48,773 bases of DNA from a virus (IMGVR_UViG_3300037422_000199:1-48773); one strand, 5' to 3'; positions 35,729 to 45,262 are shown, numbered from the stretch's first letter. The notes: a model not told the origin generated them from the sequence alone. Program-made: numbers and translations.

Positions 35729-37687
35729 TTACCGGCGCCCGAGCTTCTGCTGGGTCAGGATGCGTCCCTTGGCCTCGCCGCCCTGAACCATGCCCTGCAG
35801 CACGGCCGGCTGACCGGCGGCGGCGAACGGGGGCGGAGCGCCTTCGGGCGCGCCGCCGGCCTCGGGCGGAACGATACCCTGGTCGCCCGGAAGTTGCGAG
35901 CTGGTCGTGTTCTGTGGCGTGGCGGCCACCCCGGCCGCCGCTAGGTCGCGCTGTCCGGAGGTTGCCTGCGCGCCCACTGCCTCGGCGGCGCCCTGGGGAG
36001 GCGCCAGGCCCAGTGACTGCAGAGCGCCCATGAGCTGGGCCATGACCTGCACGCTCTCCGGGAACATCGTCGCGTCGGTGCGCTCCTCGCGAATGAGGTC
36101 TTGTTCCGTCTCGGGGTCATCCACGCCGACAGCGTCCATGGCGCGACGCTGCGACCAGAGCTTCGCGTTGACGAGGTTCGCAGCTCGGGTGGCGGTCTCC
36201 ATCTCGTCGCGCGGGTTGAGGCTCGGGTCCGTAATGTCGAGGAACCCAGCGCCGGCGTCCGTAATAGACCTGACCTTGGCGTCCTTCTGCTTCCAGATGG
36301 TGAGGGCCTTGGACCAGACGTCGCGCCGCCACTTGTACAGCAGCTTTCGGCGCAGCGACAAGCGGGACTCGTAGTTGGCGATGAGGGCGTTGATGGCCTT
36401 CGAGGACGACAGGACCTGCGCCGGCGCCAGGCCGAGCAGCAGGTCGTTCAGGCCGGAGATGCTCGACAGCTCGCGGTCGAGACGGCCGAGGTACTGTTCG
36501 AGCTGGAACTGGGCGATGAAGGGCGTGATGGTCTCGATGCGGTTGCCCGGGCCGGGGCCGACCAGCTCGTTCCGCTTGGGCTTCAGGCCGGCGGGCACGC
36601 GCGTCGGCGCCTCGGGGCCGACGAGCTGCCAGTAGTCGCCGGCGACGGCGTTGGCAATCATCTGGCTGCCGGCCGTGACCTTCTCGTACTTCTCGCGAAT
36701 GAGGTGCTCGGCGTCGTGCAACTCGGAGCGCCCGGTAGGAACCCCGGGGATGAAGGTGTTGAAGAGGATGACGTAGGGCAGCTCGCCCTTGTGCTCGGGG
36801 TACTCGATGGGTCCGCGCAGGACGTAGTTGCCGGCGATGACGGCGTTGACAGTCACCATCCCCGACAGCTTGCCGCGCCTCCAGACCGGCTTGCGGTACC
36901 AGTAGTCCCACACCTCGATGCGCGCCTTGCCCCAGTCTAGCCAGGGCCGCGTGGCCGTGCTGTCGCCGTAGTCCCCCGGGAGGTCGGCCGGGCCGGTCAC
37001 GAACGGGACCTTGCGCCCGTCGTCCATCGTCCGCTCACGAACGTCTACGCCGTACTGTTCAGCCAGGGCGTTTGGCTCATAGCGCGTGACGTAGGCGGCC
37101 CACTCCAGGGCGTCATACTGGTCGGTCTTCCAGCCGAGCCACAGGTTGCGCGGCTGCTCGATGACCTCGATGCAGGGACGCGGCGGGTCGGCCTCCGAGT
37201 CCCAGTAGACGCGCCCCGCCGTCCGGCCGTAGAGGGCCTTGACGACGGTCGCCTTATGGAACTTCAGCTCGAAGTCCTCTTCCTGCTTCCAGGCCGTGTA
37301 GACGCGCTCCAGGCTCGATGCGGCGGCGCGGGCCTCCTCCGTCGTGTCCGTCGCCAGCATGTTCTCGATGGGCTCAACCGACTGGAGAGCAGCGGGGACA
37401 TCCACGTAGACGGACGGCGTGTTGATGCTGACGTGCGAGCGCCCCTTCGTCGTGGCGCTCTTGTCGGTGGGCCACAGGTCGGCCCCGCCGTCGGTGAAGG
37501 TCGTCGAGTAGTACAGGGCGTCGGCGCGGTCGCACCACTGGCGGAAGAAGTCCTGCTCACCCTTGATGGCGGCGACCCTCTTGGCCAGAGTGCGCACGAG
37601 GCGGACGTCCTCTTCACTGTCCGTGATGAGCCGTGCCCCGCGCGCGATGGTGAGGTCGCTATAGTTCTGGTCAGGCATCTCCGCCAC
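35729..37687 (-). CDS. Portal protein
   Basis: Follows TerL; 652 aa; helical portal-like pattern (YVILFN..PG...GRSEL; SGLNDLLLG). Confidence 0.85.
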   Translation of the reverse strand: MAEMPDQNYSDLTIARGARLITDSEEDVRLVRTLAKRVAAIKGEQDFFRQWCDRADALYYSTTFTDGGADLWPTDKSATTKGRSHVSINTPSVYVDVPAALQSVEPIENMLATDTTEEARAAASSLERVYTAWKQEEDFELKFHKATVVKALYGRTAGRVYWDSEADPPRPCIEVIEQPRNLWLGWKTDQYDALEWAAYVTRYEPNALAEQYGVDVRERTMDDGRKVPFVTGPADLPGDYGDSTATRPWLDWGKARIEVWDYWYRKPVWRRGKLSGMVTVNAVIAGNYVLRGPIEYPEHKGELPYVILFNTFIPGVPTGRSELHDAEHLIREKYEKVTAGSQMIANAVAGDYWQLVGPEAPTRVPAGLKPKRNELVGPGPGNRIETITPFIAQFQLEQYLGRLDRELSSISGLNDLLLGLAPAQVLSSSKAINALIANYESRLSLRRKLLYKWRRDVWSKALTIWKQKDAKVRSITDAGAGFLDITDPSLNPRDEMETATRAANLVNAKLWSQRRAMDAVGVDDPETEQDLIREERTDATMFPESVQVMAQLMGALQSLGLAPPQGAAEAVGAQATSGQRDLAAAGVAATPQNTTSSQLPGDQGIVPPEAGGAPEGAPPPFAAAGQPAVLQGMVQGGEAKGRILTQQKLGRR

Positions 37688-39230
37688 TCAGGTCAAAGGG
37701 AATGGATGGCACTCCGTCGGCGGGGGCGCGACGGAGGAGGTACACAGCGCAGACGAGGGCCATAACGGCGTCCTGCTCGATGCCACGGTCCTCCAACTTG
37801 TATCCGAGCAACTGTCGTCGCACGCCTTTCCAGATGCCGTGGTTGGGTAGGTGGAGCTTGCCGGAGTCGATGACTGTCCTGAGGTCCCCTAGGAGCTTCT
37901 TCTTCCTCTGGCTCGTCCCGCCGAACTCGACGTTGTACACGTTCGGGACGACTTCGTCAAGCGCCTCTCGGAACAGTTTACCACCGAAGCCGGTTGCGTC
38001 GGTAGCAGTGTAGCACCGGGAACCGAGTCGCGCGACGTCGTACGCATTGAAGGCGTCGAGCGCCATGTCCACCACGGTCGCCGTGGACTTCTGTCCGCGC
38101 CTCTGGTCCGCGCGCACGCCGACGAGGTGCGGGCGGTCCGGGTCGGCCGGGTCGCCGAGGACTGCCAGAACGATGCTCCAGGCGCTGTCGTGGCTCTTGG
38201 CCGGGTCCAGACCCTGCAGGTAGACGGTCTGCCTGCGCGCCGCCATCCGCTCGGGGAGCTTGTTGCGGAAGACGCGCTCGACATTCGCCCCGTTGAAGTA
38301 GGCCGCCTTGGCCTGCAGGAAGAGGCCCTCGATGTTCTGCATGACGGTCCGCTCGTCCATGTCCTGGACGAGGCGGTCGAACATCTCCTGGTCGAGGCCG
38401 TACCCGATGTTGTCTCGCGTGCTCATGCGCATCGAGAACCAGGACTGCAGGCGCAGCGGATTGGAGGGGTCGCCGAGCGCCCACTGGTCGGGAAAGCTGA
38501 AGCCGAGGTCCTCTGACGGCGTCGAGAACATGATGAGCTGGCCGCCGGTACCCAGGCGCCGGAAGCCGAAGACCTCCTTGATGAGGAACTCCAGGTTCCG
38601 CTCCAGGCCGGCCTCGTCGAACGAGAGTCCGTGCATGTCCTTGCCGAGCGAGCCGAGGGCCTTCTCGCCCGTGGTGCGGAAGTGGACCTGGGCGCCCCCT
38701 ACCTCGGGTCGGAAGCGGACCCAGCGGTAATCGCCGTACTCCTTCGTATCCCAATCGGCAACGGCGCCCAGCTTCTCGACGAGGGGGCACCCGCCGACCT
38801 GTCCCTCGTGCGAGCCGGACAGGAGTCGGATGATGTCGTTGTAGACGAGGTCAGCGACCTCCTGCTGGATGCCGAAGTGGTACCAGTGATATTCGGACTT
38901 CAGCCAAGCGGCTGCGCCCCTGTCGTCGCCCTGCTCCGGCTGCGGCCGGTTGAGCTTCAGGAGGCACGAGTAGATGATGAGGACCGCCATCAGCAGTGTC
39001 TTGCCGGCCCGGTTTCCCGAGGCCAGCATCAGGGTCAGGTAGGCGGCCTGGGTGCCCGACCCCCTGTCCCGCAGGAGCACGCGCGCGCCGAAGGAGAGCT
39101 GGCCGACGTGCAGTTCGAGCCCGAGCTGGTGCCGACTGAAGTCCCGGAGCCGGAGGGCTTCGGCGATGACCCTCTCGGAGAGCCCCCGACGCCGGAGTTC
39201 GGCGCGAACCTGAGGGTCACTCAACTTCAT
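37671..39230 (-). CDS. terL: Terminase large subunit
   Basis: Walker A GNRAGKT; Walker B SFDEA; STP; nuclease GLDPA, DATGFG, QDAVMA. Confidence 0.92.
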   Translation of the reverse strand: MKLSDPQVRAELRRRGLSERVIAEALRLRDFSRHQLGLELHVGQLSFGARVLLRDRGSGTQAAYLTLMLASGNRAGKTLLMAVLIIYSCLLKLNRPQPEQGDDRGAAAWLKSEYHWYHFGIQQEVADLVYNDIIRLLSGSHEGQVGGCPLVEKLGAVADWDTKEYGDYRWVRFRPEVGGAQVHFRTTGEKALGSLGKDMHGLSFDEAGLERNLEFLIKEVFGFRRLGTGGQLIMFSTPSEDLGFSFPDQWALGDPSNPLRLQSWFSMRMSTRDNIGYGLDQEMFDRLVQDMDERTVMQNIEGLFLQAKAAYFNGANVERVFRNKLPERMAARRQTVYLQGLDPAKSHDSAWSIVLAVLGDPADPDRPHLVGVRADQRRGQKSTATVVDMALDAFNAYDVARLGSRCYTATDATGFGGKLFREALDEVVPNVYNVEFGGTSQRKKKLLGDLRTVIDSGKLHLPNHGIWKGVRRQLLGYKLEDRGIEQDAVMALVCAVYLLRRAPADGVPSIPFDLSGGDA

Positions 39231-39684
39231 GGGCTTCGCCTTCGATGGTCAGGCCGTCTTCGAGCTGCGGCGGTGGTGCCGACAGGAGGCCCAGCAGCGC
39301 CCAGGCTAGCTCGGCTGAGCCCGCTTTCTGGCGCGCCATCTCTCGCTTGTCAATCTGTGCCTGGGCCTTCAGGGCGTTACTGATGGCGGCCTGGTTGTCC
39401 TTGTCGAAGAGGTCCGCCTCCGGCATTACCTCGATGGCCCGCCCCATGCGGTCCTGGAGGAGCTTCGCGATGTCCCGCTTCTCGGTCGAAGGAGTGGGTG
39501 CCGACGACGCGGACTGGTACTCGTGACGGTGCTTTGCGTGGCTCGACACAACCCCGGCAGACACAGGCCACCCCCGGGCGGTCATCACTCGCCCGATGAA
39601 GGCGAACGTCTCCTTCTTGTCGAGCAACTCGTCCACCGCCACCCTCAGGGCGCGGTCGTCGCAGACCTTGCATCCGGCGCTCAG
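39217..39684 (-). CDS. terS: Terminase small subunit candidate (probable CTG start)
   Basis: Directly upstream of terL; GCKVC...SSHAKH lies upstream of the first GTG (39642). Confidence 0.6.
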   Translation of the reverse strand: MSAGCKVCDDRALRVAVDELLDKKETFAFIGRVMTARGWPVSAGVVSSHAKHRHEYQSASSAPTPSTEKRDIAKLLQDRMGRAIEVMPEADLFDKDNQAAISNALKAQAQIDKREMARQKAGSAELAWALLGLLSAPPPQLEDGLTIEGEAHEVE

Positions 39685-40247
39685 AGCGGGCTCCCTTGGT
39701 CGAGGACGGCGTTTACACGACCCATGCGGAGGTCGCTGGGCCTCACTACGATAGCATGGTTACCCGTCAGGTTGAGAAGTCGAAGCCAGAACCACTGGTC
39801 CTCGCTGACCTCGCCCTGCTCGCGCTTCAGCTCCATGAAGATGAGGTTATGCCCCTCCTTGGCGAGGGTGAGGTCGGGCCACCCGGGCGCCATGGCGGTC
39901 ACGATGACCCCGTCCTCGCCCGTCCAGCCTCTCCCGACGTGCGCCACCTTCCATCCCCGGCGCCGAGCGCGGTCGCGGACCCGGTCATCCAGTGTCTTCT
40001 CGGTCATCTGTCGGTCCAGGCACTGTTCAGGCGTCAGCGTCCGGTGTCGCCGTCCGCAGTGGGGGCACTGCGCGGGCTTCGAGGGGGCCGCCGCGCCAGC
40101 GGCGGCCCGAAACGCCTCCTTAGCGGCCTTCGGGTCGGACCTCACCATCTCCGCCGACCGTCGAAGGGGAAACTCCAGGTCGTCAAGCCACCCAATCTGC
40201 CCCTCGACAGGCGGGCCGGGCCACTCACTCCTCTTCCGAGTCATCAC
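39681..40247 (-). CDS. VRR-NUC nuclease (Holliday junction resolvase-like)
   Basis: MTEK; PGWPDL; IFMELK...G.VS.DQ.W; VVRPSD. Confidence 0.85.
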   Translation of the reverse strand: MMTRKRSEWPGPPVEGQIGWLDDLEFPLRRSAEMVRSDPKAAKEAFRAAAGAAAPSKPAQCPHCGRRHRTLTPEQCLDRQMTEKTLDDRVRDRARRRGWKVAHVGRGWTGEDGVIVTAMAPGWPDLTLAKEGHNLIFMELKREQGEVSEDQWFWLRLLNLTGNHAIVVRPSDLRMGRVNAVLDQGSPL

Positions 40248-41670
40248 GGTCCGCCAACTGCCACGCAGAGAGGGGCTGGATGCCCCGGAAGTCGTTCGAG
40301 GTTCGCCCCTTGACCTTCTTGAAGCCCTTCCGCTCCATCATCTGGCTGAAACGGACCTGCGAGGGGGCCTCACCAGCCTGGCCGGAGGCCCTCCACCACT
40401 CCAGGAAGGTCCCGTACAGGTGGGCTGAGCCCGTACGGAGGTCCAGGCCCGTCTCGCACCGCTCGTTGATGAACTGAGCGAGAGGGTCGTTGCGCTCCAT
40501 GAACCGGCGGGACTGCTCCTGGACCCGCTCCGGCAGCGTCAGCCCGTGTCCGCCGGCGTCCCACGAGGCCCACCAGGCCGACGCGGCCCAGCAGAGGATG
40601 GCCAGGATGCCCTCAGCCTCCCTCTCCAGCTTGCCGTAGAGGCGCTTGTCCTCGCGCTCGCCGTCATACCGTTCACGGAAGTCCGCGACCATGACGCGGG
40701 CGGTCATCGACGGCCCGAGGTCGTCCACCTCGGGGGCGTCGTTGACCAGGAAGGTGATGCTGTGTGTCGGGTCCCAGCTCTGGACGTTGTTCGAGTAGAG
40801 CGCGCGGGCCGTGATGCGGTCCCCGCCCGTGTGAGCCTTCAGCAGTTCTTCGTTGAAGCGGTTCCCCTCCGGCTCCGAGAAGAAGGTGATGCGCTTGCCC
40901 TTCAGGGCGAGCAGGTCGGCGCGGGCTCCGTCACTGCGAGCCGCTCCGAGTTTCGAGCGCATGTAGAGGTTCGCGTCGAACTGGGCGCCGTACTCGCCGA
41001 CGGCCTTCATGACCGAGTGCTTCAGGGCGCCCTTGCCGTTCCGGCCGATGCCCGTCATCAGGAGGAACCGCTGCTCGGGCGACATTCCGAAGAGGGATGA
41101 GCCGAACCAGAGCAGCAGGAAGGCGACCATGCTCGGGTCGCCGGACATGACGTCCTCCATGAAGGCCATGAAGAGGGGCGCCCTGGCCGCGAACTGCTCC
41201 GGGTCGGTCGCCGGCTCAAATCGGACCCCCGTCGTCTTGGTGACCAGGCAGGACGGCTCGGGATGCTCGACTAGCGTGTTGGTGCGGAGGTCCACGACGC
41301 CATTCTCGACGCCGAGCAGGTAGGGCACCTGGTCCCAGTCATCGCCGTTCGTGGCGTAGGCCGGCATGGTAGCCAGGGCCTCCAGGGCGCGGCGGGCGAC
41401 GGGGACGTTGAGGAGCTTCACGAGCGCCTTGGCGTCGTCCGTGGAGAGGGACGCCCCGCCGACCGACCAGGTTCCGCGCGCGAGCGCCAAGCGAGCGCGC
41501 TCGGCGACGGTGAAGACGATGTGCTCGGTCTCGTCGGGCGCCCACCGGGTGCCATCCCAGTGGTGCCACCGCTGGGCAGTATGGTCGTAGCGCCAGGTGC
41601 CCTCCAGCTCCTCGGATAGCCAGTCGGCCTGCCGGAAGTCCTCGGCCCCTCGGCCGAACGAGTCACCCAC
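40225..41670 (-). CDS. D5/P4-family primase-associated SF3 helicase
   Basis: W..WDGTRW; NGVVDL; Walker A GIGRNGKG; LKAHTGGDRITARALY; C-terminal winged helix. Confidence 0.9.
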   Translation of the reverse strand: MGDSFGRGAEDFRQADWLSEELEGTWRYDHTAQRWHHWDGTRWAPDETEHIVFTVAERARLALARGTWSVGGASLSTDDAKALVKLLNVPVARRALEALATMPAYATNGDDWDQVPYLLGVENGVVDLRTNTLVEHPEPSCLVTKTTGVRFEPATDPEQFAARAPLFMAFMEDVMSGDPSMVAFLLLWFGSSLFGMSPEQRFLLMTGIGRNGKGALKHSVMKAVGEYGAQFDANLYMRSKLGAARSDGARADLLALKGKRITFFSEPEGNRFNEELLKAHTGGDRITARALYSNNVQSWDPTHSITFLVNDAPEVDDLGPSMTARVMVADFRERYDGEREDKRLYGKLEREAEGILAILCWAASAWWASWDAGGHGLTLPERVQEQSRRFMERNDPLAQFINERCETGLDLRTGSAHLYGTFLEWWRASGQAGEAPSQVRFSQMMERKGFKKVKGRTSNDFRGIQPLSAWQLADRDDSEEE

Positions 41671-42478
41671 CGGTCGCGCGCACGGCCGACCGTATGGTGA
41701 GCCGGCTCTCCCTGCGCTGGAGGCCACTCTCGATGGCGGCGTTCAACAGCTCCTCCAGGTCCTCGTCATCCGCTCCCTCCTCGACCATCGTCCGGGCTGC
41801 CCAGTAGAGGACGGCGTTCCGGTTGCCCTCGGGCTCGGCCCGGACGCGGTCGATGATACCGCCGAAGGTAGCGACGGCGTACAGGACGCCATCCTCCAGG
41901 GGCCTCCTGGCCTGCAGGCGGACCGCCCGGCGACTGACCATCTTGGCCTCCTGCTCGCGCTGGCGTCGGAGGAGCAGGCGTTCGAGGGAAAGCGGCATTT
42001 CCAGCGGCGGCAGAACGGGACTGGGCGGCAGCAGCCACTCATACTCGTGGCCGTCGGGGTGGCGGGACGGCGGCGCGGCCACATAGCCCCCCTCCCCCTT
42101 GAAGTCGAGCTTGTCGGCGAGCCTGGCGGTCGGGAACCGGTACGCGGAGCCGACCCACAGGTGCAGGCCACGCCCAGTCCGGGCCACCCAGCGGTCCGGG
42201 ATGAACTCCTCTTCGCCCACCATCTCCATCCAGGCCCGGGCACCCTCTTCGCCGTCGATGTCCACGACGTAGTACGGCATTCCGGTCAGGATGCCGACGC
42301 CCGTCGTGGATGCGTGGGCAAAGGCCGCGTCGAACGCGGTCGCCGGCTCGGCGGCCGACAGGGCGTCCTTCAGGCCGTGCGGATGCACGCGCCCGTTCGG
42401 CTGCTTGCCCGATAGGGCGATGACGCGGAGTCCCCGGTTGAAGGCGTAGTCGAGCGCGGCGTCCAGGACGGCGCTCAC
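41663..42478 (-). CDS. Bifunctional DNA primase/polymerase (prim-pol) with PriCT-like tail
   Basis: GTGA overlap; GKQP; VVDID; RTGRGLHLW; GGYVAAPPS.HP.G..Y.W; EGNRN. Confidence 0.9.
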   Translation of the reverse strand: MSAVLDAALDYAFNRGLRVIALSGKQPNGRVHPHGLKDALSAAEPATAFDAAFAHASTTGVGILTGMPYYVVDIDGEEGARAWMEMVGEEEFIPDRWVARTGRGLHLWVGSAYRFPTARLADKLDFKGEGGYVAAPPSRHPDGHEYEWLLPPSPVLPPLEMPLSLERLLLRRQREQEAKMVSRRAVRLQARRPLEDGVLYAVATFGGIIDRVRAEPEGNRNAVLYWAARTMVEEGADDEDLEELLNAAIESGLQRRESRLTIRSAVRATGG

Positions 42479-43152
42479 AGGTGGTGCCCCTCTACGACCT
42501 CCCCCCCACGTCCGCGCCACATCGTCGCCTGCCCCAGCCAGCCGCGCTCGACCATCGCCTCCCGCATGTGCGAGTGGGCGTGTACGTCCGACATGACGCG
42601 CCGGCGGGTCAGCTCCACGCCCTGTGGGGTGAGCCTGTTCGCCTCGCGCCAGCGGGCCTGGGTCATGTGGAACTTCTCCAGCGGGATGCCGAGCGGGCAT
42701 AGCGGGTCGAGGAGTTCCAGCAGGTGCTCCTGCGTCGCGGGAACGTCCGCCTTCGTGAACATGTGGAGCTTCGTGTCCGATGCACGCACGTCGTTCAGGA
42801 GGGGGAGCCCGTTGTCGTAGAGGGCTCCGTTGAGGATGGGCAGGTCGTGGCGAAGGATGTAGTGGCCGGTGACGACGTCGGCCTGGCGGATGACCAGGCT
42901 GAACCTCTCCAGCATGGTCCGCTCGGAGACCATGCCGCGCGGCCAGTCGGGGCAGGCCTCCTCGTGGCCCCGGTGGAAGCAGGGCGGCGCCAGGAGGAGG
43001 CAGTCGAGGGTGTCGTGGTCCCCCGCCCACATCCAGGCGATGCTCGTTATCTGCGCCGTGGGCCGGTCCGGCTGCCAATAGGACAGGGGCCGGTTCTCTA
43101 TGTCGAAGTCCAGGGTAGCGAGCTGCGTCGCGGGGGCCGACAGGGTGCCCAT
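42475..43152 (-). CDS. DEDD/RNase H-like 3'-5' exonuclease
   Basis: LDFDIE; VTGHYILRHDLP; MSDV. Confidence 0.8.
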   Translation of the reverse strand: MGTLSAPATQLATLDFDIENRPLSYWQPDRPTAQITSIAWMWAGDHDTLDCLLLAPPCFHRGHEEACPDWPRGMVSERTMLERFSLVIRQADVVTGHYILRHDLPILNGALYDNGLPLLNDVRASDTKLHMFTKADVPATQEHLLELLDPLCPLGIPLEKFHMTQARWREANRLTPQGVELTRRRVMSDVHAHSHMREAMVERGWLGQATMWRGRGGEVVEGHHL

Positions 43153-43367
43153 CAGGCGTCCTGCAGCACGCCGCTATCGCGGAGCAGGCGGGCAACCTCG
43201 GGCAGCTCTCCGCGCTGAACGTACGCGTCGAACCGGCGCTCCAGCTCGGGGATGAGGTCGTTCAGTTCGGCGTCGGCGGCCAGGCTGTGCTTCAGGCGCA
43301 CGGCGGCCCGGGCGGTCTTCAGCAGGGCCTGTCGGCGGAGGTCGATATCGTCCTTGGGGGCGCTCAT
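43152..43367 (-). CDS. Hypothetical protein
   Basis: GAGG RBS; ATGA and TGATG coupling. Confidence 0.6.
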   Translation of the reverse strand: MSAPKDDIDLRRQALLKTARAAVRLKHSLAADAELNDLIPELERRFDAYVQRGELPEVARLLRDSGVLQDA

Positions 43368-43591
43368 GGGGTACCTCTCTTAGTCGTTGCGTAGCGTACC
43401 CTAGCCAGGAAGCCCTTGGCCGTCGTTCGGTAGCGGCGCATCGCCCTATCGCGGGAGACGTACCGACACGCCCTGCACGTCCGGTCGGGGCCATTCGTCA
43501 TCCAGGCGTCGGGTAGGGTCAGGTCGTGCCCTCGGCTGCACTCACTCCGTGGCGAGGCAGACGTCGATGGCGACTCCGAGGTCCTCGGCAT
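43364..43591 (-). CDS. Small Zn-finger protein (CxRGH...CRAC); start uncertain
   Basis: CSRGH...RTCRAC motif; GAGGAG before ATG 43591. Confidence 0.5.
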   Translation of the reverse strand: MPRTSESPSTSASPRSECSRGHDLTLPDAWMTNGPDRTCRACRYVSRDRAMRRYRTTAKGFLARVRYATTKRGTP

Positions 43592-43862
43592 TGTACTCCT
43601 CGTGGATGGCGCTCCAAGTATCCTGCGCGGTCGCCATATCGTCTGCGGCGAGCGCCCGGATGATGGTCTCGTACGCCTCGATGATGTCGTACGCGCTAGC
43701 GACGGCCGCTCGGCAGGAGGGAAGCCGCGCGGCGTCTCCCGCGCTCCCGGGGCCTTCGAGGCCCAGCTCCCTGCTCGCGATGCCGTAGCCGACCGCGACC
43801 GCGACGCCCAGGACGATGAGGACGAGCCCCACCCCGAGGACGGCCTCAACCCTTCGCTTCAT
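43542..43862 (-). CDS. Membrane-anchored protein with extracytoplasmic helical domain
   Basis: GGGAG RBS; N-terminal TM; Cys pair. Confidence 0.65.
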   Translation of the reverse strand: MKRRVEAVLGVGLVLIVLGVAVAVGYGIASRELGLEGPGSAGDAARLPSCRAAVASAYDIIEAYETIIRALAADDMATAQDTWSAIHEEYNAEDLGVAIDVCLATE

Positions 43863-43885
43863 CTCGCGTCTCCCTTCAGGGGGCG

Positions 43886-43956
43886 GTCCCCGGGGCGGGC
43901 TTCAACCTGCGGCAGGTCACCGGACGTCGTCCTGCTGCCGTGGCGGCCCCGGGGAC
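43886..43956. other. Cloverleaf-like inverted-repeat element
   Basis: GTCCCCGGGG/CCCCGGGGAC enclosing three short triloop hairpins. Confidence 0.55.
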
Positions 43957-43966
43957 TCCCTCCAGA

Positions 43967-44407
43967 CTACTTGCTCGACCGCTGCTTCCGCGCGGGGAGC
44001 ACGTTCGCGATGGTCGGCCAGCCGTTCTCCTTGATGGCGACCTCGACCTGGACGACGCGACCGACCAGGTTCTTTTCGTCGAGGCCCTCACCCGCCTCGA
44101 AGGCGGCGAACTCGGCCGGCGTGCAGAGCGCCTTCAGGTAGCGGACCGCGCGCGGCGTCGTCTTGGACGCGACGTTCGTGCTGGTCGAGCTGAGGCCCGT
44201 GACCACGACGGGGTCGCCCGCGTCGTAGAGGACCGCACCGGAGTCGTCCAGGAGGGTGAACGACCATTCGAAGCGGTCGCCCCCGCCGTACATGCCGCCC
44301 TCGATGTGCTTGGTGCTGACACCGTCGAAGCGCCCGTCATAGATGCCGCCCTCGACGTCGGGCGCGTCAGCCGCCTTGCTCGTGGCGGTGAACGTGAGTC
44401 CGGACAT
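43967..44407 (-). CDS. OB-fold single-stranded DNA-binding protein candidate (DUF669-like)
   Basis: AGGAGG RBS; GIY.GRF; FEWSF; LVGRVVQVEV...GW..IANV; first gene of the replication operon. Confidence 0.65.
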   Translation of the reverse strand: MSGLTFTATSKAADAPDVEGGIYDGRFDGVSTKHIEGGMYGGGDRFEWSFTLLDDSGAVLYDAGDPVVVTGLSSTSTNVASKTTPRAVRYLKALCTPAEFAAFEAGEGLDEKNLVGRVVQVEVAIKENGWPTIANVLPARKQRSSK

Positions 44408-44597
44408 ACTTGCCTCCTGCATGTGTCGCCGGCCGACTTGGCGGCGAGGCATCCAGCATAGCCCATCGGCGCGCGATGGCGGCCAGCGGCGGACTCAGCG
44501 GCTGCGGTGGGGGTGACTTCGTTCCGGCTTCACCCCCCCCTTCTGCAAGGTTGGCTGCAAGGTGGTGTTCTATTTGGGTCTCCGTCCAGGGGTCCGA

Positions 44598-44714
44598 TGT
44601 GGAGGGTGTGGAGGGTGTGGATGGTTTCCTGAAGAGTATCTGAGCTGCATTTCCCCGTGGGACTTTTCAGGCAAGCCTCCACACCCTCCACAACGTGCCT
44701 ACAGACCCTCCACA
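44598..44714. promoter_or_regulatory. Putative replication origin: direct and inverted TGTGGAGGG iterons
   Basis: Three direct copies at 44598-44621, inverted copies at 44676-44692 and 44706-44714, lower-GC core between them. Confidence 0.65.
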
Positions 44715-45073
44715 CGGAACCCCTGGGCGAGGTTTCCGGACCCCTTTCGGGGGTGAAAGTTTCGTTTCGGGGGGCATCTGGACGCCCTTTCGCCGACCTC
44801 CGGGCGGGTGTTCTATTTGGGGGGCCTGGGACGTTTCCCCAACCATCGTGTCCGCGCGACAGAAGAGGAAGGGCGCGGGCAGCGACCCGCCTCGGGGGCA
44901 GGGTCCAGAGTCGGGGGTCCCGGCATGTCCGCCCCCACCGCCGGGCCGCAGAAACCTCCCGCCCACCCCGGTGCCAGCGTGACGTTTGCGGGAGCGCGGC
45001 GCTCGCGCCGTGACGTAGGCGTGTAGCACATGTGCGACACCGCACCGTCTCCGACGGTGAGAAAGTGGTGCGT

Positions 45074-45128
45074 CCTGTCAACGGCGTTTCATCTGGCGGA
45101 CCTGTCAACGGCGTTTCATCTGGCGGAC
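45074..45128. repeat. 27-bp tandem repeat x2 (CCTGTCAACGGCGTTTCATCTGGCGGA)
   Basis: Exact duplication; each unit has TTGACA on the - strand. Confidence 0.9.
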
Positions 45129-45262
45129 ATGCCACGCCGCGACCGTAGGTCGCGACCCGGAGCGCTGAGCCCCCCCGCCGGACCGGTCCGCCTCGTGATG
45201 CGCTGACTCGTCGCGCCACTCTCCGTGCGCGTTATGCGCAGGAGAGACCCGCGACGAGGGGA

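Noticed and set aside
36846-36851. Additional + strand TTGACA
   Set aside because: Antisense inside the portal gene, lacks the preceding C and has no -10 at 7 bp; treated as chance
10354-43218. Many long + strand ORFs opposite the structural and replication genes (e.g. 10354-11826, 16122-17783, 25748-27316, 29523-30668)
   Set aside because: Antisense shadows typical of high-GC coding DNA; no motifs or RBS coupling, while the - strand genes tile the region
45074-45128. Mini-CRISPR array
   Set aside because: Two adjacent 27-bp units with no spacer; no cas operon (the 3675 nuclease is an ordinary phage PD-(D/E)XK enzyme)
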